Below, piece after piece: positions 39,241-51,737 of a stretch of DNA of 64,000 nucleotides. Position 1 is the first letter of the stretch. The number at the start of each line of letters is the position of its first letter. Source of the DNA: Coraliomargaritaceae bacterium. GTDB taxonomy: Bacteria; Verrucomicrobiota; Verrucomicrobiia; Opitutales; Coraliomargaritaceae. The notes under the pieces are model-generated. The model did no database searches, was not told the DNA's origin, and saw only the letters and a list, made by a program, of their open reading frames with translations. The DNA lies in assembly GCA_965656495.1 (NCBI GenBank), contig CBFHKU010000001.1:178781-242780 (forward strand), in the 5' to 3' direction. The position numbers and the translations under genes were made by a program.

Positions 39241-40095
39241 CTAATCCTCATCTGTTTCCTCGTCTTCTTCCACGGGCAACAGTTCGGGTGTAGTAATTTT
39301 TGCATCCGAATTTTTCAAGTTTCTTTTTTCTTTCTCGTCGAGCAGTTGGCAAAATTGCTTGTAGTCGATGATTTCGATCTGCTCGTCTTCATGCTCCACA
39401 ATGGCGGTTAGTGATTCCACCCAGTCGCCGGAGTTGAGGTAATGGATTCCCTCAATCATTTTGTCATCGGGGGTATGGATATGCCCGCATATAATGCCTT
39501 GGCAATCGCGGCGCTGAGCGAAGTTTTGAAGTTGGTCCTCATATTTGCCAACAAAGCTGACCGCGCTCTTCACTTTGGCTTTGATGACTTTGCTGAGGGA
39601 AAAATACTCTTTGCCGCGCCAGGAACGGTAATGGTTGTAAAGTCGGTTGATCTTGAGGAGGGTCTGGTAGCCGATGTCGCCCAAGACTGCCAGCCACTTG
39701 TGATTGACGGTCACGGCGTCAAAGCCGTCGCCGTGGACGACCAAATATTTGCGGTCCCGGCTCTCGAAAAAATATTCGTCTACAATGCGGAGTTTGCCGA
39801 AGTACAGCGGCAGGAAGCGGGAGAGGACGTCGTCATGATTGCCGCGCACGTAGATGACCTCGGTGCCGTATTTCTCGATTTTCTTGAGGATGAGTCGAAC
39901 AAAGCGGGTGTGTTTCTTGGTCCAGCCCCCTTTGCGGGCGAGGCTCCAGCCGTCAATGATATCGCCATTGAGGATGAGTCGCTCGCAATGGGTGTGTTTC
40001 ATGAAATGATTCACTTCATCAATTTTGCAATCCAGGGTGCCCAAATGAACATCCGAGAGAATAATTGTTTTGAAGCTGAGTGTGGTTCGTTTCAC
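39241..40095 (-). CDS. Metallophosphoesterase, PlcP-like phospholipase C / LpxH-like family
   Basis: LSDVHLG, NGDIIDGW, GNHD, HGDGFD, CGHIH, YLNSGDWVESLTAIVEH. GTG start. Confidence 0.82.
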   Translation of the reverse strand: MKRTTLSFKTIILSDVHLGTLDCKIDEVNHFMKHTHCERLILNGDIIDGWSLARKGGWTKKHTRFVRLILKKIEKYGTEVIYVRGNHDDVLSRFLPLYFGKLRIVDEYFFESRDRKYLVVHGDGFDAVTVNHKWLAVLGDIGYQTLLKINRLYNHYRSWRGKEYFSLSKVIKAKVKSAVSFVGKYEDQLQNFAQRRDCQGIICGHIHTPDDKMIEGIHYLNSGDWVESLTAIVEHEDEQIEIIDYKQFCQLLDEKEKRNLKNSDAKITTPELLPVEEDEETDED

Positions 40096-40127
40096 AAGAT
40101 TTGCAGTGCGAGGGAGTGTTTCTATCG

Positions 40128-40156
40128 GTGACGAGATTGAGGCAAAATTGTGAGGA
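40128..40156 (-). promoter_or_regulatory. Third Pho-box-like repeat upstream of the phosphoesterase-TonB operon
   Basis: Minus strand TCCTCAC-AATT-TTGCCTC-AATC-TCGTCAC. 11-bp period, degenerate. Confidence 0.4.
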
Positions 40157-40265
40157 GACCAAGCGGTTTGTTGGGTTTATAAGAAAATTTCGCACAATAG
40201 TAACAATTGCGGGGTGAATAAACTGCTGCCTTGCGGTTGAGCGGGCTTTCCGCAGTAAGTGAGGC

Positions 40266-41012
40266 ATGGCAATTTTATGGCAGCATCATACCGGGACGGA
40301 TTATTACGAGGTCCGGCAGGCCGGTTCGAGCGTGCGGCTGTATCGAAACGGCGTGCACCATTCGCAATGGAATCCGCGGCGTCCTTTGGCGGGCAGTGTG
40401 TGGGATTTGTTGGCCTTACCGGCGCTGCACCGGGCGGCGGGGGCGGTGGATTCTTGCTGCGTGCTGGGTTTTGGTGCCGGGGCGGTAGCGGGGGTTTTGC
40501 GTGCCGCCGCCGGGGTAGAGTCAATCCTGGGAGTGGAGCTGGACCCGATGCATTTATCGGTGGCAGATGGATTTTTTGAATGCGCGGAGGGCTGTGAATT
40601 GGTGGCGGGTGACGCGGTTGAATGGGTGCGAGCGCACGAGGGGATGGGCCGCTTTGATATGGTGATTGATGATTTATACGGGGAACTGGAGGGTGAGCCG
40701 GTGCGCTATGCGGCGATGGATTTAGAATGGTTTAACGGTCTTGCGGGTTTGCTGCGCTCGGGCGGGATGCTCGTTTTGAATTTGGTGGAACCTGATAAAG
40801 TGCCGTATTTGCCGCCCATGCGGGATGCGGCGCTCGGGGCGCGTTTCCCGCATCGCAAGGTCTTTTGGCTCGAGGGTTACGAGAACCGGGTGGTGGTTTT
40901 CAGTGAAAGCCCCTTGGAGGAGGATATTTTTAAGGCGCGTTTAAAAGACTTGTGCCGGGCTTTCCCGGGATGTCATGGGGTGGGTCGCCGCTACCGGATG
41001 AAGGATTTGTAG
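40266..41012 (+). CDS. Class I SAM-dependent methyltransferase / spermidine-synthase-like
   Basis: VLGFGAGAV, GVELDP, GDAVEWV, FDMVIDDLY, GGMLVLN. Confidence 0.8.
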   Translation: MAILWQHHTGTDYYEVRQAGSSVRLYRNGVHHSQWNPRRPLAGSVWDLLALPALHRAAGAVDSCCVLGFGAGAVAGVLRAAAGVESILGVELDPMHLSVADGFFECAEGCELVAGDAVEWVRAHEGMGRFDMVIDDLYGELEGEPVRYAAMDLEWFNGLAGLLRSGGMLVLNLVEPDKVPYLPPMRDAALGARFPHRKVFWLEGYENRVVVFSESPLEEDIFKARLKDLCRAFPGCHGVGRRYRMKDL

Positions 41013-41023
41013 CGCCGGGAGCT

Positions 41024-42718
41024 CTAGATGTTGCCTTCGTCGCTTTCGATTTCGGCGTAACGCATGACTTCCTCCAGGGTGGTTTGACCGCTTTTAATAT
41101 GTGCCCAGCCGCTGCGCATCAGGGTATTCATGCCTTGCTCGATGGCGGTTTGGCGAATTTTTCGGGCAGAGGCGCGTTGGACAATATGTTCATGGATTTC
41201 TTCTGTTACGCGGAGGATTTCGAAGATCCCGATGCGGCCGCGGAAGCCGAGTTTGCGGCAACGCTCGCAACCGACGGCGGTTTTGGCGAGGTGGCCAAAG
41301 CGTGCTTCGGATGGATCAATCTGCATGGTGGCGAGGCAGCTTTCAAGATGGAGGGCTTCGTAATTGGCGGGCTGCGCGCAATGGGGGCAGAGGCGGCGGA
41401 CGAGGCGCTGGGCAACGATCATTTCGACAGAGGATGCTATCAGGAAGGGCTCGATGTCCATGTCGATGAGGCGGGTGAGGGCGCCGGGGGCATCATTCGT
41501 ATGGAGCGTGCTGAGGACGAGGTGTCCGGTCAGGGAGGCACGGATGGCGATGTCGGCGGTTTCGCGGTCACGGATTTCCCCGACCATGATGACGTCGGGG
41601 TCCTGACGAAGGACGGAGCGGAGTGCTTTAGCGAAGGTGAGGCCGATTTCGGGGTGGACCTGGGTCTGGTTGACGCCGGAGACTTCGTATTCAACGGGAT
41701 CCTCCACGGTAATAATGCGACGCTCGGGTTTGTTGATAAGCCGAATATAGGCGGTCAGGGAAGTGGATTTACCGGAACCGGTGGGGCCGGTAACAAGGAT
41801 GATGCCGTGGGGGGAGGCAAGGGCACGGGTGAGTTTTTGTTCTTCGTCCTGAGCGAGGCCGAGCTCAATCATGGAGAGGGGTTTGGATTTTTGGCTCAGG
41901 AGGCGAAGGCTCACGCTTTCGCCATACATGGTGGGGAAGGTGGAGATACGGATATCGAGCTCGCTGTTGCCTGCGCCAAAGGCGATACGCCCGTCCTGGG
42001 GGCGGCGCTTTTCAGAGATGTTAAGCTTCGCCATGATCTTGAGGCGTGAGATAATGGCGCCCTGAAATTTGATGAGGTTGTCCGGCACGCGCACCGCAAC
42101 CAGTTCGCCGTCGATCCGGTAGCGAATCTGAAGCTCGTCGCGGAGGGGCTCAAAATGAATATCGGTGGCGCGGTCGTTGACGGCTTTTTGTACGACTTCA
42201 TTGACGAAGCGAATAACGGCGGCGTCCTCGTCTTCTTCGGTTTCAAGGTCGGTTTCCTCGGTCAGGATATCGGATTCGTCGAGGGAGTCGGCGCCCACTC
42301 CAAAGTTTTGGGTAATGGTATTGTTGACCATTTCGGGGTTGCCGAGGAGCCATTCGGGTTGCCTGCCGCAGGTCGCGTAAATCCAGCGATCCATGCTGGA
42401 ATCCGGTGGCCAAAGGGTGACGAGGCGGAGGGGTGCCTCGGGATCTTCCTGCGCGTCGTCGGAATCATTTTGAGCGGCGATAGGGAGGCACTGATAGGCG
42501 TGAATGAGGCGCAGTGGAATGGCGGCGGTCGGGTTGTCGAGCAACTCGATTTCGTTGAGGAGGGGAAGTTTGCAGGATTGGGCAAGTTCTTCCAGTAAGC
42601 GGTTGGTGGGCTGATTGCGGCGGGTGGCAATTTGCTCAAGGCGTTCAGCACGCGGGAGCGCTTCGATTTCCTGACGGTCGCTTTCGCTGAGTTCCGCGTA
42701 TAAATTGCTATAGTCCAT
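41024..42718 (-). CDS. gspE: Type II secretion / type IV pilus assembly ATPase (GspE/PilB family)
   Basis: [59 protein letters not shown], two CxxC. Confidence 0.9.
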   Translation of the reverse strand: MDYSNLYAELSESDRQEIEALPRAERLEQIATRRNQPTNRLLEELAQSCKLPLLNEIELLDNPTAAIPLRLIHAYQCLPIAAQNDSDDAQEDPEAPLRLVTLWPPDSSMDRWIYATCGRQPEWLLGNPEMVNNTITQNFGVGADSLDESDILTEETDLETEEDEDAAVIRFVNEVVQKAVNDRATDIHFEPLRDELQIRYRIDGELVAVRVPDNLIKFQGAIISRLKIMAKLNISEKRRPQDGRIAFGAGNSELDIRISTFPTMYGESVSLRLLSQKSKPLSMIELGLAQDEEQKLTRALASPHGIILVTGPTGSGKSTSLTAYIRLINKPERRIITVEDPVEYEVSGVNQTQVHPEIGLTFAKALRSVLRQDPDVIMVGEIRDRETADIAIRASLTGHLVLSTLHTNDAPGALTRLIDMDIEPFLIASSVEMIVAQRLVRRLCPHCAQPANYEALHLESCLATMQIDPSEARFGHLAKTAVGCERCRKLGFRGRIGIFEILRVTEEIHEHIVQRASARKIRQTAIEQGMNTLMRSGWAHIKSGQTTLEEVMRYAEIESDEGNI

Positions 42719-42777
42719 GTCGGGTTTCCAAGGGTAGTGGATAGGCTAATGTTTCGTTTGGGGCAATAGTTAAAGCG

Positions 42778-43797
<1,020 letters not shown>

Positions 43798-43885
43798 CGG
43801 CAGTCTTTTGATGAAGCAGGTCGGGAGTGGCGGGGCAACGTTGAACATGCTTGCGGTGCACGGTTTTGCATATTTGCTAACTGCT

Positions 43886-44875
43886 ATGCCTAAGAAACGG
43901 AGCACGCAGACAGAGGACGAGGGGCCAAAGGCCAAGACGATGTATACCCTGAAGCTGGACTCGGAGCAATTGGACAAACTGGGGGACTATCTGGAGGCGG
44001 GTCATCAAGGGCCTTGGTTTCATTACGACGTGGCTTACTCGCTTTTTGCTTTTAAGGGAGAGAAGGTGAATGTGGTGGGTTACCAGAGCGGTAAGTTGGT
44101 GGTTTCGGGCAAGAAGACGGAGGATTTCGTGCGTGACATATTGGAGGCTGAGATCACGGGTGAGGCGCGGTTGGGATACGAGGCGGTGCACAATCCCGAG
44201 TGGTTTGAATTACATGCGGGCTGTGATGAGAGCGGGAAGGGTGATTTGTTCGGGCCCTTGGTGACGGCCTGCGTTGTGGCGGATGGTGATATGGTGCGGG
44301 CTTGGATGGAGCTTGGGGTGGCGGACAGTAAGAAACTGAGTGATCGCAGTATTTTAAAATTGGATAAGGAGATTCGTAAAACCAAGGGGGTGGTGGTGCA
44401 GACCGCGTTTGCGCGCATGCCGAAATATAACGAGCTCTATAATAAATTCGGGCGCAATTTGAACAAACTGCTAGCTTGGTTTCATGGGAAGTCGCTGAAC
44501 GCGGCGCTGGATGAACGGGCGGCGCCTTGGGGTTTGCTGGACCAATTCACAAAGCAGAAGTTGGTCGATGCCTACGTGAAGGAACGGACGGACTTTCGAT
44601 TGGAGAGCCGCACGAAGGCGGAATCGGATCCGGTGGTAGCGGCGGCATCGATTGTAGCGCGGGCAGTATACGTGCGGGAGATGAAACGCCTTTCGGATGA
44701 AGCGGGGGTCACGCTGGTAAAAGGCGCGAGCGGCAAAGTGTTGGAGCAGGCGAAGTCGATTGTGGCGGACAAGGGTGCCTCCGCGCTTGGAGACTTTGCG
44801 AAAATGCATTTCAAGACGGCCTATGAAGCGCAGGGCCTGGAGCCGCCAGCAAAACCGGCATGGTCGAAGTATTGA
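43886..44875 (+). CDS. rnhC: Ribonuclease HIII
   Basis: N-terminal TBP-like domain (YQSGKLVVSG), GCDESGKGDLFGPLV, DSKKLSD, LDQF, KAES...VAAASIVAR, AKMHFKT. Confidence 0.92.
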   Translation: MPKKRSTQTEDEGPKAKTMYTLKLDSEQLDKLGDYLEAGHQGPWFHYDVAYSLFAFKGEKVNVVGYQSGKLVVSGKKTEDFVRDILEAEITGEARLGYEAVHNPEWFELHAGCDESGKGDLFGPLVTACVVADGDMVRAWMELGVADSKKLSDRSILKLDKEIRKTKGVVVQTAFARMPKYNELYNKFGRNLNKLLAWFHGKSLNAALDERAAPWGLLDQFTKQKLVDAYVKERTDFRLESRTKAESDPVVAAASIVARAVYVREMKRLSDEAGVTLVKGASGKVLEQAKSIVADKGASALGDFAKMHFKTAYEAQGLEPPAKPAWSKY

Positions 44876-45585
44876 TGAATGATCTGCAAAAGCACGACGC
44901 TTGTGAACTGGGGTCGTTGGATCATCTGATTGGGGTGGACGAGGCAGGGCGTGGTTGCCTGGCGGGGCCGGTGGTGGCAGGGGCCTGCGTTGTGGAGCGG
45001 GGGTTCTTTGACTCGGCGGAGCTTTTAAGGCGCACGGCGGGTATCAATGATTCCAAGCAGATGGGAGCGCCGGAAAGGGAAGGGCTGTTTGAGGTAATGG
45101 AGGAGTTGCGGGCGGATGGCTGCTTGGATTTTGCGGTGGCGGAGGGATCGGTTGAATGGATCGAGGAGCGTAATATCTTGGGCGCGACGCGGGCAGCGAT
45201 GCAGGCGGCGCTGGAGGAATTGTCAGCCCGTGCAGGGGAATGGACTTTGCCGCTGGCGGCGGCAGGGCCGCTCTTTGAGAATGGAGACGCGGCGGGGGTA
45301 GGCATTTTGGTGGATGGGCGTCCTTTGAAGCCGTTTCCGTATAAACACACGGCCTTGGTTAAGGGAGACGGTCGGTCCTTGGTCATTGCGATGGCAAGTA
45401 TCGCGGCAAAGGTGAGCCGGGATCGAGCGATGGCGGCGTTGGAGCAGGAATATCCGGGCTATGGCTTTGCGCAGCACAAGGGTTACGGAACCGCGATCCA
45501 CCGTGCTGCTTTAAAGGAACTGGGTCCCTGTGCGGCACACCGGAAACTTTTCCTGCGCAAGGTGCTTTGCGCGGGGGATGATTGA
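44875..45585 (+). CDS. rnhB: Ribonuclease HII
   Basis: IGVDEAGRGCLAGPVV, NDSK, NILGA, VDG, VKGD, IAMASIAAKVSRD, HKGYGT. TGATG overlap with rnhC. Confidence 0.94.
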   Translation: MNDLQKHDACELGSLDHLIGVDEAGRGCLAGPVVAGACVVERGFFDSAELLRRTAGINDSKQMGAPEREGLFEVMEELRADGCLDFAVAEGSVEWIEERNILGATRAAMQAALEELSARAGEWTLPLAAAGPLFENGDAAGVGILVDGRPLKPFPYKHTALVKGDGRSLVIAMASIAAKVSRDRAMAALEQEYPGYGFAQHKGYGTAIHRAALKELGPCAAHRKLFLRKVLCAGDD

Positions 45586-45633
45586 GGCTTGCGCGATTTG
45601 TTATTATTGGAGTTTTAATTATAGCTGCTAATA

Positions 45634-46521
45634 ATGATTGCTTTGTTTAAATTTCTCCCAGCCGTAAAATTTGCTTCGCTGCTTGCGGGGTTATTGGCAT
45701 TGCCCGGTTTGTTGTTGGGTGCTGCGGCGTTGCCGGTCTGGGTCACGATTGAACCACAGGCTTATTTTTTGAATGCGGTCGGGGGCGATGCGGTACAAGT
45801 GCGGGTGCTGGTGCGCCCGGGGCATTGTGTGGAGTTATATGCCCCGAGTCCAAGGGATATGGCAGAGCTCTCGCGGGCAAAGGCTTACTTTCGGATGGCG
45901 GTGCCGGTGGAATCAGTGATCACAAAGCGTTTGGAGGCGCGGGAGGCGGAGCTGCGCTTTTTCGGACCCGAATTTCTTTGGGATACACATCGACATGATC
46001 ACGCGCACTGTGAAATTTGTGGCTCTGCCACGAAGGATCCGCACACCTGGTTGGATCCGTTGCAGATGATTGACTACGTGGATGTGATAAAGTCGGGCTT
46101 GAGTGAATTGCGCCCCGAGCGGGCCGCTTATTTTGAAGCGAATGCAAAACGTCTCAAATCGGAGCTTGCTGACCTCCATACGTCGCTTGAGGCGCGGTTT
46201 TTGAATTATCCGGGCCGTGCTTTCTACATCAACCACCCGTCCTTGCTGCACTTTGCGAAGCGATACGGTCTGGAGCAGCGGTCAATCGAACATGCGGGCA
46301 GTGCCCCGGCGGCGAAACGCATGGCTGCTTTGATCAAGGAGGCGCGGGAGGCCGGTATCGGGGCAGTTTTGGCTCAGCCTGAATTTGGACGCAGCAGCGC
46401 GGCGGTCATGGCGGATGCCCTCGGGGTGCCACTCCTGGAGGTAAATATTTTGGGTCGGGATTATTTTGAAAACATGCGCGGCTTGGCGGCGGCGCTGGAA
46501 AGGAGCTTTGCAAATGACTGA
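45634..46521 (+). CDS. znuA: Zn/Mn ABC transporter substrate-binding protein
   Basis: Signal peptide, His-rich loop HRHDHAHC, DPHTWLDP, HPS..HFA.RYGL.Q..IE. Confidence 0.85.
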   Translation: MIALFKFLPAVKFASLLAGLLALPGLLLGAAALPVWVTIEPQAYFLNAVGGDAVQVRVLVRPGHCVELYAPSPRDMAELSRAKAYFRMAVPVESVITKRLEAREAELRFFGPEFLWDTHRHDHAHCEICGSATKDPHTWLDPLQMIDYVDVIKSGLSELRPERAAYFEANAKRLKSELADLHTSLEARFLNYPGRAFYINHPSLLHFAKRYGLEQRSIEHAGSAPAAKRMAALIKEAREAGIGAVLAQPEFGRSSAAVMADALGVPLLEVNILGRDYFENMRGLAAALERSFAND

Positions 46522-47284
46522 GGCAGCTCAACCCGTGATTTGTCTGGAGGGGGTTCACTTTGCCTATGGCTCGCAATTCGCTCTTGAAGATGCCGATTTC
46601 GACATTCACGCGGGAGAATCGGTTTGCATGGTCGGCCCCAATGGGGGTGGTAAATCAACGCTCATCAAGTTGATGCTGGGGCTTTTAAAGCCGGATGCGG
46701 GGCGGGTGCTGCTCTTTGGTGAATCGCCGCTGCGGACGCGTCAAAAAGTCGGGTATGTGCCACAACAGACCGCATTTGACCCGCTTTTCCCGATTTCGGT
46801 GCTGGAAGTCTGCCTGATGGGTTCTTTAAGCGGGCGTAGTTTCGGGTTCACGAGCCGGGCGGAGCAGGCGAGGGCGCGCGCGTTGTTGGATTCGATGGAA
46901 TTGGGAGGATTGGCACGAGCGCCGTTCGCAAGTCTATCGGGCGGTCAACGGCAAGCGGTTCTCGTGGCGCGGGCCATGATGACTGAGCCGGAGTTGCTCC
47001 TTCTGGATGAACCGACCGCCCATGTGGATGTTGCCTCTGCGGCGCGTCTGATGGAGGGTATTCGTGCGCTGGGTGAGGATATGACGGTTTTGATGGTTTC
47101 TCACGACCTTTCATTTGTGGCGCGAACCGTTCCCAAGGTCATTTGTGTGAATCGTTGCGTGCATGTGCACCCCACTGCGGAATTGAGTAGCGAGGTTTTA
47201 AATCAGCTCTATGGCCATGAATTGCGGATGGTACAGCACGATCATGAACATTTGGACAGTCATGGAGGGCATTGCCATGGTTGA
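46514..47284 (+). CDS. znuC: Zn/Mn ABC transporter ATPase
   Basis: GPNGGGKST, GYVPQ, LSGGQRQ, LLLDEP, SHD, His-rich tail. Confidence 0.88.
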   Translation: MTEAAQPVICLEGVHFAYGSQFALEDADFDIHAGESVCMVGPNGGGKSTLIKLMLGLLKPDAGRVLLFGESPLRTRQKVGYVPQQTAFDPLFPISVLEVCLMGSLSGRSFGFTSRAEQARARALLDSMELGGLARAPFASLSGGQRQAVLVARAMMTEPELLLLDEPTAHVDVASAARLMEGIRALGEDMTVLMVSHDLSFVARTVPKVICVNRCVHVHPTAELSSEVLNQLYGHELRMVQHDHEHLDSHGGHCHG

Positions 47285-48116
47285 ATTTTTCCGCGCATTA
47301 GGGGACCCGGATTTGGTCTTTTTGCGTTACGCGCTGCTGCTGAGCTTGCTTGCAAGCATTCCTTTGGGGGCAGTGGGCACTTTGGTGGTCGCCCGTCGAA
47401 TCAGTTATTTAGCGGCCGCCATTGCGCATTCCGCGCTGGGAGGGATTGGGGTGGCGCTCTACACGAAGGAGGCCCTCGGTTGGTATTGGTTCAGCCCGAT
47501 GTTGGGAGCCTTGCTCTCGGCGGTACTTTCGGCGGCTTTGGTGGGGTGGGTATCGCTCCGCGCCCGGGAGCGGGAAGATGCTGCAATTGGGGCAATTTGG
47601 GTCTCCGGGATGGCGATTGGTCTTTTATCTATATACAATACAACGGGTTACGTCGATCCGATGGGTTATTTATTCGGTGATATACTGCTGGTTCAGGCGC
47701 TGGATCTCAAACTGGCTGCAGTGGTGGGCTCGGTAATCATACTGACCTTGGTGCTGGCGTATCGCCCGGTGGTAGCGGTTTGTTTTGATCCGGAGTTTGC
47801 GGCGATTCGGGGGGTTCACTCGCATTGGATTTACCTGCTCTTGCTGCAAATGACGGCACTTTGCGTTGTTTTGCTGGTTTCTTTGGTCGGTATCGTGCTG
47901 GTTATCGCCCTGCTTACGCTGCCACCGGCAATCGCCTCAATGCGGGCTCGAAGCCTCTGGCAGATGATTCTGGGGTCTATTTTACTCACTGCGCTCTTCC
48001 TGGTTATGGGCTTGGCTTTGAGCTTTACCTGGGATGTGCCGACGGGGCCGGTTGTGGTCCTGCTGGCGGTCTTGGTTTATCTGGCGGGTCTTCTGGCAGG
48101 GCGATTTCGCTCTTAA
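47277..48116 (+). CDS. znuB: Zn/Mn ABC transporter permease
   Basis: AIAHSALGG, ED, YLFGDIL, FDPEFA, VGIVLVIALLTLPPA. Confidence 0.88.
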   Translation: MVEFFRALGDPDLVFLRYALLLSLLASIPLGAVGTLVVARRISYLAAAIAHSALGGIGVALYTKEALGWYWFSPMLGALLSAVLSAALVGWVSLRAREREDAAIGAIWVSGMAIGLLSIYNTTGYVDPMGYLFGDILLVQALDLKLAAVVGSVIILTLVLAYRPVVAVCFDPEFAAIRGVHSHWIYLLLLQMTALCVVLLVSLVGIVLVIALLTLPPAIASMRARSLWQMILGSILLTALFLVMGLALSFTWDVPTGPVVVLLAVLVYLAGLLAGRFRS

Positions 48117-48139
48117 GGGTGATTTTTTTAAAATTAGTG

Positions 48140-48168
48140 TTGACTGCGCTTTTGGCGAAGCGCATTTT
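48140..48168 (+). promoter_or_regulatory. Putative sigma70 promoter of tRNA-Thr/tuf cluster
   Basis: TTGACT-N17-CATTTT with upstream AT-rich tract and GC-rich discriminator. Confidence 0.55.
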
Positions 48169-48239
48169 CGCGGACTTTCTTTTTAAACCTAGAGGCAAGA
48201 TAGAAAGTCGGCTCTTTAAAAATATTCTTCTTATGATGT

Positions 48240-48317
<78 letters not shown>

Positions 48318-48367
48318 AACTCAACCGCCGCAAGGCAATTTTTTCTCAACACTAATCAACTCCAACC

Positions 48368-49558
48368 ATGGCTAAGGAAACATTCGAAAGAACCAAACCG
48401 CACGTTAATGTCGGAACCATCGGTCACATTGACCACGGTAAGACAACCACCACAACTGCTATCCTCAAGGTGCAGGCAGACAAAGGACTCGCTCAGTTCA
48501 AGTCCTATGCTGACATCGCCAAGGGCGGTACTGTTCGTGACGAGACTAAGACCGTTACGATTGCGGTTGCTCACGTGGAATACGAAACAGAGAACCGTCA
48601 CTACGCGCACGTTGACTGCCCGGGTCACGCGGACTTCGTTAAGAACATGATCACCGGTGCTGCCCAAATGGACGGCGCTATTCTCGTGGTTTCCGCTGCA
48701 GACGGCCCGATGCCCCAGACTCGCGAGCACATCCTGCTTGCCCGTCAGGTCGGCGTTCCCACCATCGTTGTATGGTTGAACAAAGTTGACCTTCTTGACG
48801 ACGAGGAGCTCCTTGAGCTCGTTGAAATGGAAGTTCGTGACCTCCTTTCCAAATACGAATACCCCGGCGACGACATCACCATCGTTCGTGGTTCCGCTAC
48901 CGCTGCCCTCGACGGCAAGCCCGAAGGTGTGGAAGCAATCGGTAATCTCATGAACGCGATCGACACCGATATCGCTGAGCCGGCTCGTGAAACCGACAAG
49001 CCTTTCCTTATGTCGGTTGAAGACGTCTTCTCCATCACTGGTCGTGGTACCGTTGCAACCGGTCGTATCGAGCGTGGTATTGTTAAGGTCGGCGAAGAAA
49101 TCGAAATCGTCGGCATGAAAGACACTGTCAAAACAACCGTTACCGGTGTTGAAATGTTCCGCAAGCAACTCGACCAGGGTATGGCGGGTGACAACGTGGG
49201 TCTTCTGCTCCGCGGTGTTGAGCGCGATTCCATCGAGCGCGGTCAAGTGCTTTCCAAGCCCGGATCGATCACTCCGCACACCACTGCCAAAGCCGAGCTT
49301 TACGTCCTCAGCAAGGATGAAGGCGGTCGCCACACTCCTTTCTTTGATGGCTATCGTCCGCAGTTCTTCTTCGGCACTGCCGACGTTACAGGTATCATCA
49401 AGACTCCGGAAGGCGTTGAGATGGTCATGCCCGGTGACAACCTGACGGTTACGGTTGAACTCGGCAAGAACGTCGCGATGGAAGCTGGACAGCGTTTCGC
49501 TATCCGTGAAGGTGGTCGCACCATTGGTGCTGGCCGTATCACGGAGGTTGAGAAATAG
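48368..49558 (+). CDS. tuf: Elongation factor Tu
   Basis: [43 protein letters not shown]. Confidence 0.98.
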   Translation: MAKETFERTKPHVNVGTIGHIDHGKTTTTTAILKVQADKGLAQFKSYADIAKGGTVRDETKTVTIAVAHVEYETENRHYAHVDCPGHADFVKNMITGAAQMDGAILVVSAADGPMPQTREHILLARQVGVPTIVVWLNKVDLLDDEELLELVEMEVRDLLSKYEYPGDDITIVRGSATAALDGKPEGVEAIGNLMNAIDTDIAEPARETDKPFLMSVEDVFSITGRGTVATGRIERGIVKVGEEIEIVGMKDTVKTTVTGVEMFRKQLDQGMAGDNVGLLLRGVERDSIERGQVLSKPGSITPHTTAKAELYVLSKDEGGRHTPFFDGYRPQFFFGTADVTGIIKTPEGVEMVMPGDNLTVTVELGKNVAMEAGQRFAIREGGRTIGAGRITEVEK

Positions 49559-49645
49559 ATCGTTCTTTTACCTTTACGGTGACTGCCGAGAGCTCTATGT
49601 TGGGCTCTCGGCTTCACTGTCTTTAACTGCACTTCAGTTTTCATT

Positions 49646-49724
<79 letters not shown>

Positions 49725-49730
49725 CCAGAC

Positions 49731-49934
49731 ATGAAAAATCCATTCAGCAGCATCCGTCTCTTTTATAAAGAGACCCTTAACGAGCTTAAAAAGGCAGCCT
49801 GGCCGACCAAAACCGAGCTCCGCGATTCAACGATTGTGGTGCTTTTGGCGACCGCTCTGCTAGGCACCTTTATCGCGCTGACAGATTTTTCTCTGATGAA
49901 TGGCGTGCAGCTACTCACTGAACTGGTGCGCTAA
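49731..49934 (+). CDS. secE: Preprotein translocase SecE
   Basis: ELKKAAWPTKTEL followed by a single TM helix. Located between tRNA-Trp and nusG. Confidence 0.92.
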   Translation: MKNPFSSIRLFYKETLNELKKAAWPTKTELRDSTIVVLLATALLGTFIALTDFSLMNGVQLLTELVR

Positions 49935-49972
49935 CACGTCCTCCTGCTTTTTATCACGCCTCAATAATACGA

Positions 49973-50551
<579 letters not shown>

Positions 50552-50557
50552 CATCTC

Positions 50558-50983
50558 ATGTCTAAGAAAGTCGTAGGAGAAATCCGTTTACAATTGCCCG
50601 CCGGTGCTGCCAATCCGGCGCCTCCCGTAGGTCCCGCCCTCGGTGCGCAAGGCGTCAATATCATGGGCTTCTGTAAAGAGTTCAACGCCAAGACCAAGGA
50701 TCAGGCCGGTATGATTTTGCCGACTGTCATCACGGTTTATGCGGACCGCTCCTTTACCTTCATTCTCAAGTCGCCTCCCGCGGCGGTGCTGCTCAAAAAA
50801 GCAGCCGGGATTGCCAAGGGTTCGGGTGTTCCCAACCGCGACAAAGTCGGCACCGTGACCCGCAAACAGGTTCTGGAAATTTGCGAGACCAAGAAAAATG
50901 ATCTCAATGCCAAAGACGAGGATGCCGCCTTCCATATTATCGCCGGCACCGCCCGTTCGATGGGCCTCGAAGTTGTCGATTAA
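50558..50983 (+). CDS. rplK: 50S ribosomal protein L11
   Basis: [26 protein letters not shown]. Confidence 0.98.
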   Translation: MSKKVVGEIRLQLPAGAANPAPPVGPALGAQGVNIMGFCKEFNAKTKDQAGMILPTVITVYADRSFTFILKSPPAAVLLKKAAGIAKGSGVPNRDKVGTVTRKQVLEICETKKNDLNAKDEDAAFHIIAGTARSMGLEVVD

Positions 50984-51015
50984 GTCACTTTTTAACCAAC
51001 CAAACCAAACAAATC

Positions 51016-51720
51016 ATGCCAACCCAGCAAATCAAGGGGAGCAAACGCTTTCGTCAGGCCGCCGAAATGGTCGACCTGACCAAGACCTACTCGGTCGCCG
51101 AAGCGTCTGCGTTACTCAACACACTACCCAAGGCGAAGTTCGACGAAACCGTTGAACTCTACGCCCACCTCACCGTCGATCCCCGCAAGAGTGATCAGAT
51201 GGTTCGCGGTACTCTGAAACTGCCCCACGGCAGCGGAAAGTCTGTCCGCGTTATTGTATTCACGGAAAATCCCGATGAAGCCACCGCCGCAGGCGCGGAA
51301 GAAGCCGGACTCGATGACCTCATCGAAAAGGTCACCGGTGGATGGACCGATTTTGACGTCGCGATCGCAACGACCAGCGCGATGAAGAGCGTTCGTAAAG
51401 TCGCGCGGGTTCTGGGACCCAGAGGCCTCATGCCAAACCCGAAATCCGGCACCGTCACCGATGACATTCCCGCCGCGATTCAAGAGGTCAAGGCCGGGCG
51501 CGTGGAATACAAAATGGATAAAACCGCCAATGTCGCCATCGTCATTGGGAAGCGTTCCTTTGAAGCCGATAAAATTGCCGAGAATGCCGAAGCTGCGATT
51601 CGCTCGCTGGTTGAGGCAAAGCCCAAGTCCGCTACCGGTAAATTCATCAAGACGCTTGCAATCAGCGCTACCATGAGTCCCGGGATCGCAGTTGACGCCG
51701 CGTCCTACAATAAAATTTAA
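51016..51720 (+). CDS. rplA: 50S ribosomal protein L1
   Basis: KFDETVE, DQMVRG, LPHGSG, LGPRGLMPNPKSGTVT. Confidence 0.98.
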   Translation: MPTQQIKGSKRFRQAAEMVDLTKTYSVAEASALLNTLPKAKFDETVELYAHLTVDPRKSDQMVRGTLKLPHGSGKSVRVIVFTENPDEATAAGAEEAGLDDLIEKVTGGWTDFDVAIATTSAMKSVRKVARVLGPRGLMPNPKSGTVTDDIPAAIQEVKAGRVEYKMDKTANVAIVIGKRSFEADKIAENAEAAIRSLVEAKPKSATGKFIKTLAISATMSPGIAVDAASYNKI

Positions 51721-51737
51721 CCGAGGAACTGCCAAAA

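Noticed and set aside
45596..45642. Fur/Zur box upstream of znuA
   Set aside because: AT-rich, but I could not see a convincing palindrome.
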